From an uncultured Pseudomonadota bacterium (GTDB lineage Bacteria > Myxococcota_A > Polyangia > Fen-1088): a stretch of 64,000 nucleotides of DNA. The position numbers were made by a program, and so were the translations under genes. The notes beneath the pieces are model-generated. The model was not told the DNA's origin. It saw only the letters and a list, made by a program, of their open reading frames with translations, and searched no databases. Below are positions 61,855 to 64,000 of this stretch, piece by piece. The stretch is from NCBI GenBank assembly GCA_963847705.1, contig CAWKBC010000047.1, positions 192,626 to 256,625 on the forward strand, given 5' to 3'. Numbering within the stretch: the stretch's first letter is position 1; each line of letters starts with the position of its first letter.

Positions 61855-62460
61855 TGCGTCACCGCGGACGATGGGCGGGTGTGGCGGCGGCGGTCAGCAA
61901 GGCGAGCCGTTGGCGTCACCGCGGACGATGGACGGGCGTGGCGGCGGCGGTCAGCAAGGCGAGCCGTCGGCGTCACCGCGGACGATGGGCGGGCGCAGCG
62001 GTGGCGGTCAGCAAGGCGAAGCCGTCGGCGTCATCGCGGACGATGGGCGGGCGCAGCGGTGGCGGTCAGCAAGGCCGAGCCGTCGGCGTCATCGCGGACG
62101 ATGGGCGGGCGCAGCGGTGGCGGTCAGCAAGGCCGAGCCGTCGGCGTCACCGCGGACGATGGGCGGGGGTGGCGGTGGTGGTCAGCAAGGCCGAGCCGTG
62201 GGCGTCACCGCGGACGATGGGCGGGTGTGGCGGCGGTGGTCAGCAAGGCGAGCCGTCGACGTCACCGCGGACGATGGGCGGGCGTGGCGGTGGTGGTCAG
62301 CAAGGCGAGCGGTCGGCGTCACCGCGGACGATGGGCGGGTGTGGCGGCGGCGGTCAGCAAGGCGAGCGGTCGGCGTCATCGCGGACTACTGGTGGGCGCG
62401 GCGGCGGCGGTCAGGAAGGCGAGCCATCGACATCATCGCAGCTGATCGGCGGGCGTCAAC
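61855..62460. repeat. 57/58-bp non-coding tandem array, about 10.5 copies
   Basis: Unit ggcgtcaccgcggacgatgggcggg..ggtcagcaaggcgagccgtc starting at 61855, 61912, 61969, 62027, 62085, 62143, 62201, 62258, 62315, 62372. Confidence 0.93.
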
Positions 62461-62677
62461 GCGACAGCGCGCGGTCGTCACGCGCGGCGAGCGTGATCGG
62501 AGCAGCGCCGTCAACGAAGGCGAGCACTGGCGTCGATGTGGTGGGTGTCCTGGCTTGCAAGCCGCAGGACGGCGTAGCCGGCGACCGGGGGCCGTGGTCG
62601 ACGCCGATCCCCCCTGCCCGGAGGGCCGAGGGTGGCCGGTGGCCCGAAGGGCCACTCGAGATCGGCCCCCGAGCAGA

Positions 62678-62776
62678 GCGCCCCTCCCCCCTGGGGATAC
62701 CTTATGGAGCGAGCGAAGCGAGAGACAGGGGGGTGCCAGGGGTAGGGGGTCCAGGGGGAAGGGGCGCGGCGGGGGG
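62678..62776. other. G/C-rich stem-loop with six G-tracts, origin-like
   Basis: 17-bp arms at 62678-62694 and 62751-62767 (1 mismatch); loop contains GAGCGAGCGAAGCGAG. Confidence 0.55.
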
Positions 62777-62882
62777 AGCGGCGGCCAAGGCTTGCCTGTC
62801 AGGGGGACCGGCGAGATGGGGCACGCGGCAGCCCTCGGGCGAGCGCTCGGGATCGGCGATCGCCGCGGGCCGCCCCTGTCGC

Positions 62883-63179
62883 TCAGACGTCGCGGAGAGT
62901 GATCCGGGTGTCGCCGAAGACCGCGCTCACCTCGAGCTTGCCGCCGAGACCCTCGACGAAGCGCCGGATAGTCGAGACCATGTGGTCGTCGCGGCGCTCG
63001 ATCTTCGACAGCTCCGACTGCGCCAGCTTCGACAGCAAGGCGAGCTCGGTCTGGGTCTTGCCTGCCGATTCGCGCAGCGCGCGCAAATCCATCTCGACCA
63101 GCTCCTCGATCGCCTCTCGATCGATTTTCCGGATCTCCTCCTCGGAGAACCTCATCCGTCGCAGCTCGTCCCACTTCAT
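62883..63179 (-). CDS. XRE/HigA-like antitoxin
   Basis: LRALRESAGKTQTELA...QSELSKIE...STIRRFVEGLGGKLEV; GAGGAG RBS. Confidence 0.88.
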   Translation of the reverse strand: MKWDELRRMRFSEEEIRKIDREAIEELVEMDLRALRESAGKTQTELALLSKLAQSELSKIERRDDHMVSTIRRFVEGLGGKLEVSAVFGDTRITLRDV

Positions 63180-63270
63180 TTTTTCTCCTCAAACGCTCCT
63201 TGCGCTTGGTCTTCGTCGGAACGCTCCTCGCGCCCTTGGATTAAATGTATACAGCCACGGACCTAGTCGC

Positions 63271-63291
63271 TCAAGCGAATTATTCGCTTGA
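63271..63291. promoter_or_regulatory. Perfect inverted repeat, putative TA operator
   Basis: TCAAGCGAAT-t-ATTCGCTTGA between the divergent antitoxin and toxin genes. Confidence 0.72.
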
Positions 63292-63323
63292 CCTCATAAT
63301 GCCGTCCATCCAAGCTGACGCTC

Positions 63324-63656
63324 ATGGTCGAGATCGAGACCACCGAAGCCTACAAAGACTGGTATCTCGATCTGGAGAAGCGAGAGGCGGCCGCCGTCGA
63401 CCGCAAGGTCAAGATGCTGCAGCTCCTGGGCCTCGCGCTCCCCTTCCCGCATTCGAGCGACATCAAGGGCACCAAGTACGCCTTCCGCGAGCTGCGCGTG
63501 AACAACCCACCTATCCGCGTCCTCTACGCCTTCGATCCTGAGCGCAACGCCGTGCTCATCATCGGCGGCGACAAGTCCGGCGACAATCGCTTCTACGAGC
63601 GGATCGTCCCGCAGGCCGAAAAGCTCTGGCTCGAGTACCTGGCGCAGCGACCCTGA
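63324..63656 (+). CDS. RelE/ParE-family (Gp49/HigB-like) toxin
   Basis: FPHSS, RELRV, IRVLYAFDPERNAVLIIGGDK, RFY. Confidence 0.9.
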   Translation: MVEIETTEAYKDWYLDLEKREAAAVDRKVKMLQLLGLALPFPHSSDIKGTKYAFRELRVNNPPIRVLYAFDPERNAVLIIGGDKSGDNRFYERIVPQAEKLWLEYLAQRP

Positions 63657-64000
63657 TCCCGCCCGCCGGTCCCGGCCCTCGACGGTCAGCGTGCCACAGC
63701 CGGGCCCTTTCCCTTTAGTCGCCCATCCCAGGTAAAATCGAGCCTCGGCGATGAGGGCGGCGCTCCACAGGGCAGCTAGGACGGGCAATCCCGATCGAGG
63801 CCGCGACCTCCACGACGGCCGCCGCCACGCCCGGCACGCTGCTCCGCGCTCTGGCGCGCACGCGTCCCGCTGGTGCGTCGACGAACTCGCCGAACGCGCG
63901 CCCCGGCCGCCCCGCCTTCGCGCCGACCGTCGCGCCCAGCGAACGCCTCTCGGCGGCGGAACTCGCGTCGGGCCCTCGGAACTCTATGGCTACGATGCCC

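Larger units (their letters stand above)
42550..64000. mobile_element. Larger genomic island, right boundary probably outside the window
   Basis: Starts at an att fragment and contains recombinase, primase, mob-like, TA and RHS genes; the intact tRNA-Asp is not seen in the window. Confidence 0.6.

Noticed and set aside
61855-62460. CRISPR or guide-RNA array
   Set aside because: Units differ only by point changes; there are no unique spacers and no cas or other effector genes nearby.
61834-63266. Repetitive ORFs over the tandem array
   Set aside because: All three frames are open only because of GC content, and the mixed 57/58-bp units scramble the frame.

Overview
GC-rich bacterial DNA, probably Myxococcota/Polyangia (inferred from the many Cys-rich lipoproteins and the Kelch/Cys-repeat giant protein). 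Left part (1-39.2 kb) is an accessory patchwork: partial GH79 lipoprotein, kefF/kefC, MFS and ArsB/NhaD transporters, four two-component genes, two Hsp20 plus HtrA, a five-gene His/Cys-rich lipoprotein/beta-barrel/redoxin/cytochrome c cluster, an FG-GAP lipoprotein, a ~1,950-aa choice-of-anchor-A + M4 peptidase protein, regulator-enzyme pairs and several gene remnants. Right part (39.2-64 kb) is a stack of integrative elements at tRNA-Asp(GTC) 3'-fragment att repeats. It holds a 3.3-kb defective element (excisionase, integrase lacking its catalytic Tyr), then a larger island that probably runs past the window end. The island carries a PilZ/zinc-ribbon pair, a ~3,600-aa lipoprotein-type RHS protein with a 71-aa hydrophobic tip and a YcxB-like neighbour, and an XRE / primase-helicase / intact Xer-type recombinase module. 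After that come a frameshifted MobC-like gene, a 57/58-bp tandem array, an origin-like G-rich stem-loop and a divergently arranged RelE/XRE toxin-antitoxin pair. The best candidate for an undescribed system is this replicative-recombinase module coupled to the RHS toxin tip. All calls come from reading motifs by eye; no searches were run.
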